Shown: positions 9,944 through 19,775, counted from the stretch's first letter. The stretch is DNA of 64,000 bases from Armatimonadota bacterium (GCA_034722055.1 JAYENL010000038.1:33744-97743), one strand, 5' to 3'. Made by a program: numbers and translations. The notes: generated by a model not told the origin, from the letters alone.

Positions 9944-11920
9944 TCAGGGGAAGACGCGGTGGCCGACCTTGCCGAGGATGGCGTCGATGATCAGCCACAG
10001 GCCGGCGGTGGTGTACTCCCCGAGGACCAAGCCCAGGAAGGGCACCTGGAGAGTGCGGTAGAGGTGGACGGAGCCGTAACGGGTCACCGTGGCCTTGGCG
10101 ACCCAGCCGATGAAGAACGGGAACCACATGCGCGAGGCCTCGAAGCCGGTGCCCACGACGTAGGCGATAGGATGCAGCGGGAACCACAGGAAGAGCTGGC
10201 GGGCGCGGATAAGCACCGCGCAGATGCCGGCGCCCGCAGCCAGGGCTATGAGGCGGGCCGGCTCCACCCCGGTGGCGTTGATGATCATGCTCTTGAGGCG
10301 CTCGGCATTGCCCCGGGGCCCGCTGATGAAGAACCACGGGTGCATGGCCAGCGCGCCCTTGGAGTAGGCGACCTCCAGGGAGGCCCAGTAGGAGATGAGG
10401 ACCGCGGCGCCGACCGCCGCCGCCAGCGCGTGGTACATGTGCCTGCGGTTGATTCGAGCCTCGTCGGCGATCTTCAGGCCGTGGAGGATCTGCGGCATGA
10501 GGAAGCTCTTGAGGTCGTACATGAAGACGTACTCGGTGAAGTTGAGGATGGTCAGGTCCGCGGCCGCGAAGTGAGCCGAGCCGGCGAGGCCCGTGAGCAG
10601 CACGCTGGGGCGCATCTGGACGGCCTTGGCGAAAAGAATCCCGCTCTCCACCACCAGCCGGGCCATGCCCCAGCAGATGACGAGGAAGATGACGTAGGTG
10701 AGTGCGGCGACCAGGACCGACATCCCGGCCATGTTCAGCCACGCCACGACGATGCCGCCGGCGACGATCAGGCCCCAGAAGGCGACGATCGGCGTCATGG
10801 CCTCCGCCCGCTGGTCACCCGACAGGCCGCGATGGCGGACGAAGGCCTCCCACATCTCGCTCAGATGGCCGCGGGCCACCCACAGCCCGTAGACCACGTA
10901 CATCAGGAAGGCGCCCTGGTACTGGTTCTCCTCCACCCTGGCGAGCATGGGGCGGCGCCCGACGGCGTCGAAGAGGACGTGCTGGAGGCGCCCCAGCCAC
11001 CAGAACACCCACAGCGACAGCGAGATCTCGGTGGTCAGAAAGAACGCGAAGCCGATCACAGAGAAGTGCACGTAGATGGGCGATTGCAGGTAGCGCCAGG
11101 GGCGGCCGGTCACGCCCGAGAGGAAGCTGATGCCCTGGAGCTTGAAAAGCGGAATGCCGGGGAGATAGGCGTGGAGGGCGTTGAGGTTGTGGACCAGGAA
11201 GGGGATCGCGAAGCCTATCCACAGCAGCGTGTTGCGGAAGAACGGGACCGCCGAGATGTCGTGCCGCTGGGGCATGATCATCTCCAGCGGAAGCTGCACC
11301 AGCGGGAAGATGAGGTTCTCGCGGGCCACCCACTGCCTCCGCACGATGGCGCCCAGGCAGAACATGGCCAGGTAGAGGCCGAAGGTCAGGATGCTCCAGG
11401 CCACCAGGGGCATGGCCCACTGCCCCCAGGGGATGTCCATGCCGGGCGGGGCGCCATCGTAGAACCACCGCACCGCAGTGCTGTCGGCTCCGGGAGCCAT
11501 CCAGGGAGGCAGGTGCTGGAAGAAGGTCTCCTCCCACTGGTTTTCGACGGAGGCCATGTAGAATGGGGCGGTGGTGACCGGGAACAGATACAGCGCCAGG
11601 CCGAAGGTGGGGATGCCCGCCGCCACCAGCATCATGGCCGTGACGATGAGATTGTCCTGCTGCGTGAGAGCCCAGCGATGGGTGATGCGCGCGCTCACCC
11701 AGCTCACCGGGAGGACCACCACGACGAGCAGAAAGATCGGCCCGACCGGGAAGTGACAGCCGCCCAGCTCTGAGGCGTGCATGAAGCCGGTGGTGTAGGG
11801 GATAGCGGCGCAGAGGATCGCCACGCACACGAGGCCCAGCACAAGGGCGCGCGCCGTCAGTGGGGCGCTCCTGGCGGCTGCATTATCCCCGGTCGTCGGC
11901 GCGATCTGCTGGGCGGACAA
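9944..11920 (-). CDS. DUF6785/DUF6784 polytopic membrane protein (putative transporter), paralogue 1
   Basis: TTG start after GGAGGAGG. Many hydrophobic helices. Family motifs RRQWVARENLIFPLVQLP and WFPLHPIAY. Confidence 0.82.
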   Translation of the reverse strand: MSAQQIAPTTGDNAAARSAPLTARALVLGLVCVAILCAAIPYTTGFMHASELGGCHFPVGPIFLLVVVVLPVSWVSARITHRWALTQQDNLIVTAMMLVAAGIPTFGLALYLFPVTTAPFYMASVENQWEETFFQHLPPWMAPGADSTAVRWFYDGAPPGMDIPWGQWAMPLVAWSILTFGLYLAMFCLGAIVRRQWVARENLIFPLVQLPLEMIMPQRHDISAVPFFRNTLLWIGFAIPFLVHNLNALHAYLPGIPLFKLQGISFLSGVTGRPWRYLQSPIYVHFSVIGFAFFLTTEISLSLWVFWWLGRLQHVLFDAVGRRPMLARVEENQYQGAFLMYVVYGLWVARGHLSEMWEAFVRHRGLSGDQRAEAMTPIVAFWGLIVAGGIVVAWLNMAGMSVLVAALTYVIFLVICWGMARLVVESGILFAKAVQMRPSVLLTGLAGSAHFAAADLTILNFTEYVFMYDLKSFLMPQILHGLKIADEARINRRHMYHALAAAVGAAVLISYWASLEVAYSKGALAMHPWFFISGPRGNAERLKSMIINATGVEPARLIALAAGAGICAVLIRARQLFLWFPLHPIAYVVGTGFEASRMWFPFFIGWVAKATVTRYGSVHLYRTLQVPFLGLVLGEYTTAGLWLIIDAILGKVGHRVFP

Positions 11921-11937
11921 CCCGAGGGCCTCCTCCT

Positions 11938-11988
11938 AGCAGCTATCAGCTTTCAGCTATCAGCTATCAGCTACAACCAACGGCAACG
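11938..11988 (-). repeat. Heptamer (TAGCTGA)n element with GTTGCCGTT head, copy 1
   Basis: The minus strand reads GTTGCCGTTGGTTGTAGCTGATAGCTGATAGCTGAAAGCTGATAGCTG and abuts the DUF6785 ribosome-binding site. Confidence 0.85.
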
Positions 11989-12048
11989 GTGCACCGCGTA
12001 GTCTGGGCTCGCAGGTTCGTCGACCCCGCCTGCCGCTCGCACGCATGT

Positions 12049-12318
12049 CGTACGGATCCGCGGGCTGCTTTGCCCGCCCGCGTCGTTCGGCGACGCCTCG
12101 GTCGCGGCGTGTCGTGCCCCTCCGTGGCACGCACACTCCTGTGCGTGCGCCGTACAGGCGACACACAACGGCGGACGGACAGGAGTGTCCGTCCCACCGA
12201 AAGGTCTGTCTTCCTACGTGCGCCGCAGCGGCGACGCAGAAGCGCAGACAGACATGCTCCCGCTCCCTCGCCGTACGGAGGGCGGGCTGCTTTGCCTGCC
12301 CGCGTCGTCTACGGCGCA
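12049..12318. repeat. REP-like cluster: direct-repeat pair flanking an inverted pair of GTGG-foot hairpins
   Basis: CGTACGGA..GCGGGCTGCTTTGCCYGCCCGCGTCGT occurs at about 12049 and 12272. GTG-GCACGCACA-CTCC-TGTGCGTGC (12124-12148) is matched by the inverted GTG-GGACGGACA-CTCC-TGTCCGTCC (12173-12197). Confidence 0.75.
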
Positions 12319-12512
12319 GAACGGCGGGAGGCCAGCAATTCCCCGCCAGGCGCGCTCTCACCTTCCACGCCGGCGAAGGCCCGCGCCGTGGGGCTCGCCC
12401 TTGATACTGCGCGCGTGGGCCTCGGGCAGGGACAGCGGACCGGCCGAAGAAGGGACTCCTGCAGCGCTGTCCGACGCGCGTATCCACTGCCGCCGGCCAG
12501 GAGGAAGAGACC

Positions 12513-15371
12513 ATGAAGCGCCTGTGCCTGGTGCTGGTCCTCGCCGCCGCTGCCGTCACGTGCGCAACCGCGGAGCCGCCGCCGTCGCTTCGCACCATCA
12601 TCCCCACGCCTCAGGATATCGAGGCCGGAGAGGGGACGTTCACCCTGGTGGACGATGGCGAGGCCGTCGCGAGTCTCGTCCTCCCCGCCGAGCCGCCCGC
12701 GAAGGTCCGACTGGCCGCCGAGCACCTCAGCCGGAGGATCGAGGAGATGGCGGGTGTCGCCCTTCCGGTGGTCTCCCAGGCCCACGCCCCGGAGGGCCCC
12801 GCGCTGTGGCTCGGTGAGGCCGGCCGGCGGCTGGTGCAGCCGGCCTGGAACGAGGAGCTGACGCCGGCGCAGGCGGAGCAGGAATACGCCATCGTGCCGC
12901 TGCCGGACGGTCGCGGATACGCGCTGGTCGGCCGCCAGCCGCTCGGCACCCTCTACGCCACGATGACGGTGCTCGGCGCGGTGAAGGCTGAGGACGGCCG
13001 CGCCTGGATGCCCAACTTCACCTGCCACGACTGGCCCGACATCCCGTATCGCTGGGTGGGGGGCTTTCCCAGCTTCGACAGCGTCGAGGACCGCATCGAG
13101 TGGTGCATGGAGCACAAGATCAACGTCATCAACTCACCCGGCTTCTACCGCCGCACCATGGATGACGCCGAGACGCAGCTCGCGCAGAACCGCTTCGCAC
13201 GCGAGCACGGTGTGCGCTCGCTCAACCTGCTCTTCGGCAACCTGGGGCTGCTCAACCGCCGCGGCTATCCGGACGGCGAGACCTACGAGTGCCTCGATGA
13301 GGGCGCGCCCAGCACCCGCGGCTGGTGCGTGACGAACCAGGAGATGCTGGCCCAGAAGCAGCGGATCCTGCGGGAGTTCGTCGAGGCCACCGAGCCGGGC
13401 GTGCTCTACATCCACTTCGTGGACGAGGATGACATCGGCGACGCCGCCGAGATCTGGCTCAACCGCTGCGACGACTGCCGCGAGGCCTACCCCAATGACC
13501 TCGTCGAGGCCGAGGACGGCAAGGCCGGCGCGCAGGCCCGGGTCTTCGACCTCATGTGTGAGGCCATCTTCTCGGTCAGCGACCCCGAGTCCGGCTACGA
13601 CGCCTCGCGCGACTGCCTGATCATCTTCGTCAGCGCGCCCTACACGCTGTGGAGCGAGGATGACGCCGCCTGGGACCGGGAGCTGCAGTATCACTGCACG
13701 GTCAGCCGGCTCATGGAGCATGTGGACAATGTGCACTTCTGCATCCGGGAGAACGGCCTGCGCCGCGACAACGACCGCAAGCGGTGTCTGGAGCTGGCCG
13801 AGGCCCTCCGGGAGCGGGGCAACGGCCACCGGGTGATGATGTACTTCCGGGGTGGCGACTCCCGCGACACCACCATCGGCTGGCCCCGGCCGATGCGGGT
13901 GGCGTGGCCGATGCTGGCGGCTCCGGCGATGACCGCCTCCTTTGAGGGAGCGGGCTCGATCCTGCAGGCGGGCAGCGCCCCCGGCCTGCTGGAGAACGAG
14001 TACTCCTGGAACCTCCGCGGCGACGGCTTCTACTACGATCCCGCCACGCAGGAGGAGTGGCGAGAGACCTACGTGGGGCTGGTCGGCGGCTCGCTGCGGC
14101 CGGAGGAGATCTTCGGCGACGAGGGCTTCCTGGGCCGGATGCTGGCGGACATCTACGGCCCCACTGCCGCCTCGCACCTTGGCGTGCTGTATCGGCCGCA
14201 GCCGGTCGAGCAGGCTCAGGGCGCAGTTCTGCCCCCTGCCTCCTGGAGCGGGTGGCTGGTGCTGGCGCGTCAGCCATGGTTCGGCACCATGAGCCCCGAC
14301 CGCCTGCGGCAGTTCCGCACGCTCTTCGAGGCCTGGCGAGGGGTCAACGAGGAGGCTATCTCAGCGGTGCAGGCGGCCCTGGAGGCGCCCGAGCTGGGCG
14401 AGCGCCATCGACAGGCGCTGGAGAGGAGACTGTCGGGTCTGCAGGTCGGCGCGGCACTGCAGGACGCGGCGGCGCACGCGTCGGAGGCCTGGGCGCTGGT
14501 GATGGAGGGCGATGAGGAGCCGGCCGAGGCCGAGATGCAGGCGGCGCGAGACGATTGCGCGCAGGCGCGGGAGCTGGCGGCCGGGCTGGAGGAGCAGGCG
14601 GCGGAGGTCGAGGCACAGCAGGAGGCGATGGAGGGCCACTACCGTGCGCTGCTGCGCAACTCCGAGCAGATTCGGGAGGCCTGGCGGCGCCTGGAGCAGA
14701 CCCGGGCGACGGCGGCCGAGGATCGTGCGGCGCTGCAGGAGGAACTTGCGCAGGATTCGGCTGCCGATCCAGCGCGGCTTCAGGGCAAGAGCGTGGTCCT
14801 TTTCGGCGGTGGCGCGACGAGCCCGATGGTGGAGCTGCTGGAGGCGCACGGGGCGGAGGTCGTCCCGATGCCTGCGGCAGCCGATCTTCCCGAGGAGGCC
14901 CTCGCCGCCGACCTGATCGTGCTGATGGTGCGGTCGCTGTCCGAGGGGGCCCTGGCGCAACTGCAGGACTACATCGAGGGCGGCGGGGCCGTGCTGCTGG
15001 GCAGCGCGACGCCCTTCTACATGGTCGGCAATGACGTGGACCTGGCGAGGATCGCACTATGGCTGGGCGCGGAGCGTTACGGCAACTACGGCGGGGCGGT
15101 CGAGACCGCGTTCGACAATGCCATCACTCGCGCCCTCGAGATCGATGAGTCCATGGAGCCGACCAGGAGCGCCGCATGTCTGGGCCGGCCGCTGGGAGCC
15201 GCGCCTCTGCTGACCGCGAAGGGCAATCGGGGCATCATCTCGGCGCTGGCCCATCGCTTCGGGGACGGCCGCGTCGGCTACCTGTGGACGCTCAGCCTCG
15301 GCGAGGATCTGCAGGTCCCTCGGGCCGAGCTGCTGCTGCGCATGGCAGCGTGGCTCGTCGGGGAGGAGTAG
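12513..15371 (+). CDS. Secreted protein with GH20 domain-2-like (zincin-like) N-terminus, putative catalytic barrel and C-terminal GATase-like domain
   Basis: AGGAGG RBS and signal peptide. IIPTPQ...QEYAI...GTLYATMT...DWPDIPYRWV is typical of GH20/GH84 N-domains. A coiled-coil linker precedes LQDYIEGGGAVLL. Confidence 0.7.
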   Translation: MKRLCLVLVLAAAAVTCATAEPPPSLRTIIPTPQDIEAGEGTFTLVDDGEAVASLVLPAEPPAKVRLAAEHLSRRIEEMAGVALPVVSQAHAPEGPALWLGEAGRRLVQPAWNEELTPAQAEQEYAIVPLPDGRGYALVGRQPLGTLYATMTVLGAVKAEDGRAWMPNFTCHDWPDIPYRWVGGFPSFDSVEDRIEWCMEHKINVINSPGFYRRTMDDAETQLAQNRFAREHGVRSLNLLFGNLGLLNRRGYPDGETYECLDEGAPSTRGWCVTNQEMLAQKQRILREFVEATEPGVLYIHFVDEDDIGDAAEIWLNRCDDCREAYPNDLVEAEDGKAGAQARVFDLMCEAIFSVSDPESGYDASRDCLIIFVSAPYTLWSEDDAAWDRELQYHCTVSRLMEHVDNVHFCIRENGLRRDNDRKRCLELAEALRERGNGHRVMMYFRGGDSRDTTIGWPRPMRVAWPMLAAPAMTASFEGAGSILQAGSAPGLLENEYSWNLRGDGFYYDPATQEEWRETYVGLVGGSLRPEEIFGDEGFLGRMLADIYGPTAASHLGVLYRPQPVEQAQGAVLPPASWSGWLVLARQPWFGTMSPDRLRQFRTLFEAWRGVNEEAISAVQAALEAPELGERHRQALERRLSGLQVGAALQDAAAHASEAWALVMEGDEEPAEAEMQAARDDCAQARELAAGLEEQAAEVEAQQEAMEGHYRALLRNSEQIREAWRRLEQTRATAAEDRAALQEELAQDSAADPARLQGKSVVLFGGGATSPMVELLEAHGAEVVPMPAAADLPEEALAADLIVLMVRSLSEGALAQLQDYIEGGGAVLLGSATPFYMVGNDVDLARIALWLGAERYGNYGGAVETAFDNAITRALEIDESMEPTRSAACLGRPLGAAPLLTAKGNRGIISALAHRFGDGRVGYLWTLSLGEDLQVPRAELLLRMAAWLVGEE

Positions 15372-15415
15372 CCGCCGAGGCTCCCCTCAGTCCGGCAACC
15401 GCAGGTGCCATTGTC

Positions 15416-15461
15416 GTTGCCGTTAGACGTGGCTTGCAGCTTGTAGCTGATAGCTGATAGC
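15416..15461 (+). repeat. Heptamer element with GTTGCCGTT head, copy 2
   Basis: GTTGCCGTTAGACGTGGCTTGCAGCTTGTAGCTGATAGCTGATAGC. Confidence 0.85.
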
Positions 15462-15666
15462 ACACGTCCGGGCGCGCCGATCGCAGGCGCCGTTGTCGTT
15501 GCCGTATGGCGTTGCCGTCGCCATTGTTGCTGCTCCGCGGACCGTGTTGGGCCGACCTCCTCGGGGTGCTTGACACCCCTCGTCGTGCGGCCCCTCCGCA
15601 CGACACGGAAGCAACGACGGACAACGGCCTCAACGGCGGACGGCGTAGCCACGCCGTGCCTTTGTG

Positions 15667-15728
15667 GTTGCCGTTGGACGTAGCTTGTAGCTTGCAGCTT
15701 GCAGCTTGTAGCTGATAGCTGATAGCTG
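15667..15728 (+). repeat. Heptamer element with GTTGCCGTT head, copy 3
   Basis: GTTGCCGTTGGACGTAGCTTGTAGCTTGCAGCTTGCAGCTTGTAGCTGATAGCTGATAGCTG, a direct repeat of copy 2 with extra units. Confidence 0.85.
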
Positions 15729-15733
15729 CCATC

Positions 15734-16777
15734 TCACCCGTAGACGCCCTCCTCCAGCACCGTCTCCACCATGGCGTCGAGGTGCTCCAGCGGCGCGCCC
15801 CGGTGCAGCGAGCAGGAGGCCATGAGGACGTAGCCCCCATCGCCCATCGCCTGCCGGAGGCACTCGCGCGTGACCTCCCGGACGCGCTCCGGGGGCCCGG
15901 GCAGCAGCACCTCCGGGATATCGGGCCCGCCCAGGATGCAGATGCGGTCGCCCCACCGCTCCCTGGCCACCGCGAGGTCGCAGTCCTCCCCGAACTGGAA
16001 GCCGGCGATGCCGCAGTCGATGGCCGCGTCAACCAGCTCGTGGAAGCGGCGGTCGGTGAAACGCCCGTGTGGATGAAAGACCACCGGCGCCTGGCCCGCT
16101 GCCTCCACAATCCGCTGCAGGCCGGGGATGGTCAGCTCCAGGTAGTCACGCGGCGAGATGACGGCGGGGCCGTCGGAGGCGGCGGCGATGAAGATGAGGT
16201 CCGCGCCCGCCTCCAGCAGCCTGGGCACGTGGACGAGGGCGATCTGCGTCGAGAGCTCCACGAGCCGCTCCGCCATCTCGCGGTCGGTGGCCAGGTCCAT
16301 GGCCAGGCGCTCCAGCCCCCGCAGCAGGCCCGCGCGCGTGACCGGCCCCTCAATCTTGGCGGCCACCGCGGCCTTGTCGCCGAGCTGCTGCCGCACGAGT
16401 CGGTAGGCCTCCTCGACCTCCGGCCAGCGGCCGCACTCGTCCGGTTCCAACGGCTCCGCCGCGGCCGCGGCGTCATCCTCAGCCAGCGGGTGCTCGGCTA
16501 TGTAGGGGATGCCTCGCTCGGGGAACTCCACGCGGCCGCCGAGCGGCTCGACGTCCAGCCCCAGATCGTGGATGCAGCCCACCACCGCGTCCTGGTGGAA
16601 GCGCGCTTGGCTGGCGAGCACGGCCTGGGCGGCCCTCGCCGCGTCATAGCCGGCGCTGACCTCCGGGGTGCTGAAGTCGCACAGGTCGAGGCCCAGCGTC
16701 AGGTCGCGCAGGAAGATGGGCACCCGATCCGGCCTCTGCCCCCGCAGCGCCGCCAGCATCCGCTCTCTGCCCTGCAT
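15734..16777 (-). CDS. Uroporphyrinogen decarboxylase-fold protein, MtaA/CmuA methylcobamide:thiol methyltransferase-like
   Basis: Motifs RERMLAALRGQRPDRVP, EGPVTRAGLLRG, ISPRDY, VVFHPHG, GGYVLMASCSL. Confidence 0.78.
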   Translation of the reverse strand: MQGRERMLAALRGQRPDRVPIFLRDLTLGLDLCDFSTPEVSAGYDAARAAQAVLASQARFHQDAVVGCIHDLGLDVEPLGGRVEFPERGIPYIAEHPLAEDDAAAAAEPLEPDECGRWPEVEEAYRLVRQQLGDKAAVAAKIEGPVTRAGLLRGLERLAMDLATDREMAERLVELSTQIALVHVPRLLEAGADLIFIAAASDGPAVISPRDYLELTIPGLQRIVEAAGQAPVVFHPHGRFTDRRFHELVDAAIDCGIAGFQFGEDCDLAVARERWGDRICILGGPDIPEVLLPGPPERVREVTRECLRQAMGDGGYVLMASCSLHRGAPLEHLDAMVETVLEEGVYG

Positions 16778-16797
16778 CGCGGTCGCTCCGCCCGTCG

Positions 16798-17958
16798 CTA
16801 CTTGAAGATGTGATCGTACTGCAGGAGCACGGTGTCGTTATCCACCTCGCCCACGGCCTCGTCGCGGTGCACGTACTGCAGGCGCACCTGTCGCGCGCAG
16901 CCCTCGATGTGGTAGTTCGCGCCCAGGGTCAGCCATCTGGCCTCCAGGCGAGGCGCCGCGGCGCCTGGATCGAACTCCTCCCATCCCCCCACGAGCTCGA
17001 GCTTGTCCTCAGCGCCGCTGCACGGGACGAACCGGCTGAGCTGGGCGTAGCAGCCGCTGGCGGTGACGCCCCGGTGGCCGGAGGCGCTGATGCCCTTCTC
17101 ATTGTAGCCGGCCCAGACTGAGGTCGGGCCCTCGCGCCAGATGGCATCCAGCCCCCACGCCTCCTCGTCCACCTGCCGATCCCGGTAGAGCTCCGCCAGG
17201 CCGAGGGGGTCGCCGTTCCTCGAGACGAGCTTGCGGAAGGTGCTGGTCCTGGTCTCCTTGTTCAGGGCCCAGTTGGCGCCGACGTTCAGGTTCTCGGTGG
17301 CGAGCCACTCCAGTCGGGCCACGGAAATGGGGTCTCCGGTGGCATCCAGCTCGTTCTTTCCGTTGCCCAGGTAGAGGCCAGCGTACCAGCCGACGCAGCC
17401 GTCGTCGCTGGTGCCGTGGAGCAGAGCGCCGATGTCGCGATTGGGGATGAGCAGGATGCTCGATCGAGGCCGCTCCGCCACAGGCAGCTTCACGTCGCTG
17501 GTCATGAACTGGCGGTCGAAGGGCGTCATCATCTGCCCGACGGTGAGGTTGCCCCAGTCGAGCCCCGACCAGGTGGCGTAGAGGTCATGCCACTCGAACT
17601 CGTCGGCGCCCCAGTCGCGTCGGATCTGGGCGAACACCAGCAGGTCGTCGGAGGGCTGGTGCGACCACGCCAGGCGCAGGCGCCTGGTGTTGTAGTCGTC
17701 ATAGCCGGCTCGATCGTCGCGCACCAGCCAGGTCGGCTGGTCGGGGTCGCTCTGCGTGTGGGAATACCGCGCCTGCACGCGAGCGGTCAGGCCGCCCGGC
17801 CTTGGCTCGCCGGGGCGCTCAGTGACGGGGCACTTCCAGTAGCTCCCGGGTCTGGGGCACTGGCCCTCGGCTCCGGGAGGCAGGCACATCTCCAGGGCAA
17901 CGAGTGAGGCGACGGTCACAGCCGGTACGATGATGCGGCGCGCCAGGTCCAGTGTCAT
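16798..17958 (-). CDS. Phosphate-selective porin O/P-like outer-membrane beta-barrel
   Basis: RRLRLAW, TVGQMMTPF and NRDIG motifs, amphipathic strands and a near-terminal Phe. Overlaps the upstream SBP gene by 4 nt. Confidence 0.72.
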   Translation of the reverse strand: MTLDLARRIIVPAVTVASLVALEMCLPPGAEGQCPRPGSYWKCPVTERPGEPRPGGLTARVQARYSHTQSDPDQPTWLVRDDRAGYDDYNTRRLRLAWSHQPSDDLLVFAQIRRDWGADEFEWHDLYATWSGLDWGNLTVGQMMTPFDRQFMTSDVKLPVAERPRSSILLIPNRDIGALLHGTSDDGCVGWYAGLYLGNGKNELDATGDPISVARLEWLATENLNVGANWALNKETRTSTFRKLVSRNGDPLGLAELYRDRQVDEEAWGLDAIWREGPTSVWAGYNEKGISASGHRGVTASGCYAQLSRFVPCSGAEDKLELVGGWEEFDPGAAAPRLEARWLTLGANYHIEGCARQVRLQYVHRDEAVGEVDNDTVLLQYDHIFK

Positions 17959-18971
17959 GACGGCTCCTCCTCGGTCAGCAGGTCAGGCAGCGCGAGTTGC
18001 GAGTCGATGTCCGGGACCTCGTCGATGCGGCCCTGGTCCTTGAGGAACTGGGCTGTCATCTCCAGGCTGTCGATGACCGACCGGGTCAGATCGGTGCCGA
18101 AGTTGTAGTCCTTCAGCATCTCCCGCTCCCGCGCGGGTGCGACGCCGGACCTGACCGAGATCAGGTCGGCCGTCTCCTGGGGGTGCTCGTCGATCCACTC
18201 GGCAGCGGCCTGGGTGGCGCGCACGACGGCCCTCGCCGCCTCCGGCTGCTCGGTGGCAAACTCCTCGCGCGCCAGCAGCAGCACCGGATAGGTGTTGTCC
18301 AGGCCCTCCAGATTCGCGAACGGCTCGGCGTTGTCACAGGCCGCCAGCACGTTCTGCGGCCAGGGCGCGCTACCGGCGGCGGCGTCGATCTGTCCGGCGC
18401 TCATGGCCTCGGGGAAGTCGCGCGGCGAGAGGGAGACGAGGGTGATGGAGGCGGGGTCCACTTTGTGCTCTTGCAGATACAGCAGCAGCCCGCCGTGGGT
18501 GCTGGACCCATGCTGGACGGCCAGGCGCTTGCCGGCGAGGTCGGCAGGCCGCTTGATACCGGCGCCCCTGCGAACCACGATCCGGTGTCTGCGCTCACCG
18601 TCGCCCAGCCGTGCTAGCAGCAGGACCTTCGGGGACCGCGACATGCAGATGATGGCCGGCGCGTCGCCCAGCGCCGCCACGTCCGCCTGGCCGGAGACGA
18701 TGGCCTCCGCGGACTCGATCCCGCCGGTGACCACCTGCTTCTCGATCTTCAGCCCCTCCTCGGCGTAAAGGCCCCGCTCGACGGCCACGACCACCGGGGC
18801 GTTGGAGGTCTTCTCGCTGTAGGTGAAGCGCGCCGCCACAGGCTGCTGCGCCTCCTCGACTGCCTCCGGGATCTCGACCGGTGCTGGGGGAGCCTGCTCC
18901 CTCCGCGCGCAGCCTGTCAGCACCACACTCGCCGCCACCGCAGTCGCCAGAAAGCATCGCATTCGCCTCAT
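17955..18971 (-). CDS. NitT/TauT/SsuA-family ABC substrate-binding lipoprotein
   Basis: Lipobox VLTGC. Motifs ALGDAP, ADLAGKRLAV..GSSTH and GQIDAAA. Confidence 0.85.
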   Translation of the reverse strand: MRRMRCFLATAVAASVVLTGCARREQAPPAPVEIPEAVEEAQQPVAARFTYSEKTSNAPVVVAVERGLYAEEGLKIEKQVVTGGIESAEAIVSGQADVAALGDAPAIICMSRSPKVLLLARLGDGERRHRIVVRRGAGIKRPADLAGKRLAVQHGSSTHGGLLLYLQEHKVDPASITLVSLSPRDFPEAMSAGQIDAAAGSAPWPQNVLAACDNAEPFANLEGLDNTYPVLLLAREEFATEQPEAARAVVRATQAAAEWIDEHPQETADLISVRSGVAPAREREMLKDYNFGTDLTRSVIDSLEMTAQFLKDQGRIDEVPDIDSQLALPDLLTEEEPS

Positions 18972-18992
18972 GCTGCACCTCCTCGCATCATA

Positions 18993-19775
18993 TCAGGCGG
19001 AGTCGGCCGCCGGACTGACGTCTTGGACCTCGGGCAGCTCCCGGAGCAGGCGCATCTCCAGGGAGCGGACGCCGTCGGAGAGGCGCGAGCGGGGCCGCGG
19101 CAGCTCGGCGGGGATGTCGTCCAGCACCCGTCCGGGCCGTTGCGAGAGTACCACGATCCGGTCGCCGAGGTAGGCCGCCTCCGCCACGTTGTGGGTCACG
19201 AACAGGATCGTCGTGCCCGTGCGCCGCCAGATGCCGAGCAGCTCGTCCTGCAGGCGCTCCCGGGTCTGGGCGTCGAGGGCGCCGAAGGGCTCATCCATCA
19301 GCAGCACCCTGGGCTGCAGTGCCAGCGCGCGGGCGATGGCGACGCGCTGCTTCATCCCCCCGCTCAGCTCATGGGGATGGGCGTCCTCGAAGCCCTCCAG
19401 GCCCACCATCGCGATGAGCCGCTCGCGTTCGCGGCGCCGTTCAGCCTCAGGTCGGTGGATCATGCGCATGGGGAAGTCGATGTTGCCGGCCACGCTCAGC
19501 CAGGGGAAGAGCGCGGCGTCCTGGAAGACCACCGCCCGGTCGGGTCCGGGGCTGCGCACCGGCCTGCCGTCGAAGCGAATGCTCCCCGCCGTGGAGGGCA
19601 TGAAGCCAGCCACCAGGTTCAGCAGCGTGGTCTTCCCGCAGCCGCTGGGGCCCAGCACGCACACCAGCTCGCCGGCCCGAACCGACAGCGTGACGCCGTC
19701 GAGCGCCCTGACAGCGCCATTGTCATTAGCGCCGGTGTAGGTCATTCCCACGTCCGCCAGCTCGATGAGCGCCAT
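18993..19775 (-). CDS. NitT/TauT/SsuB-family ABC ATP-binding protein
   Basis: Walker A GPSGCGKT, signature LSGGMKQR, Walker B LLMDEPFGALD. ATG 19775 overlaps the permease stop (TGATG). Confidence 0.92.
   Translation of the reverse strand: MALIELADVGMTYTGANDNGAVRALDGVTLSVRAGELVCVLGPSGCGKTTLLNLVAGFMPSTAGSIRFDGRPVRSPGPDRAVVFQDAALFPWLSVAGNIDFPMRMIHRPEAERRRERERLIAMVGLEGFEDAHPHELSGGMKQRVAIARALALQPRVLLMDEPFGALDAQTRERLQDELLGIWRRTGTTILFVTHNVAEAAYLGDRIVVLSQRPGRVLDDIPAELPRPRSRLSDGVRSLEMRLLRELPEVQDVSPAADSA

Noticed and set aside
11860..12607. Overlapping ORFs containing SYQLSAISYQL
   Set aside because: These are translations of the heptamer and REP repeats, not plausible proteins.
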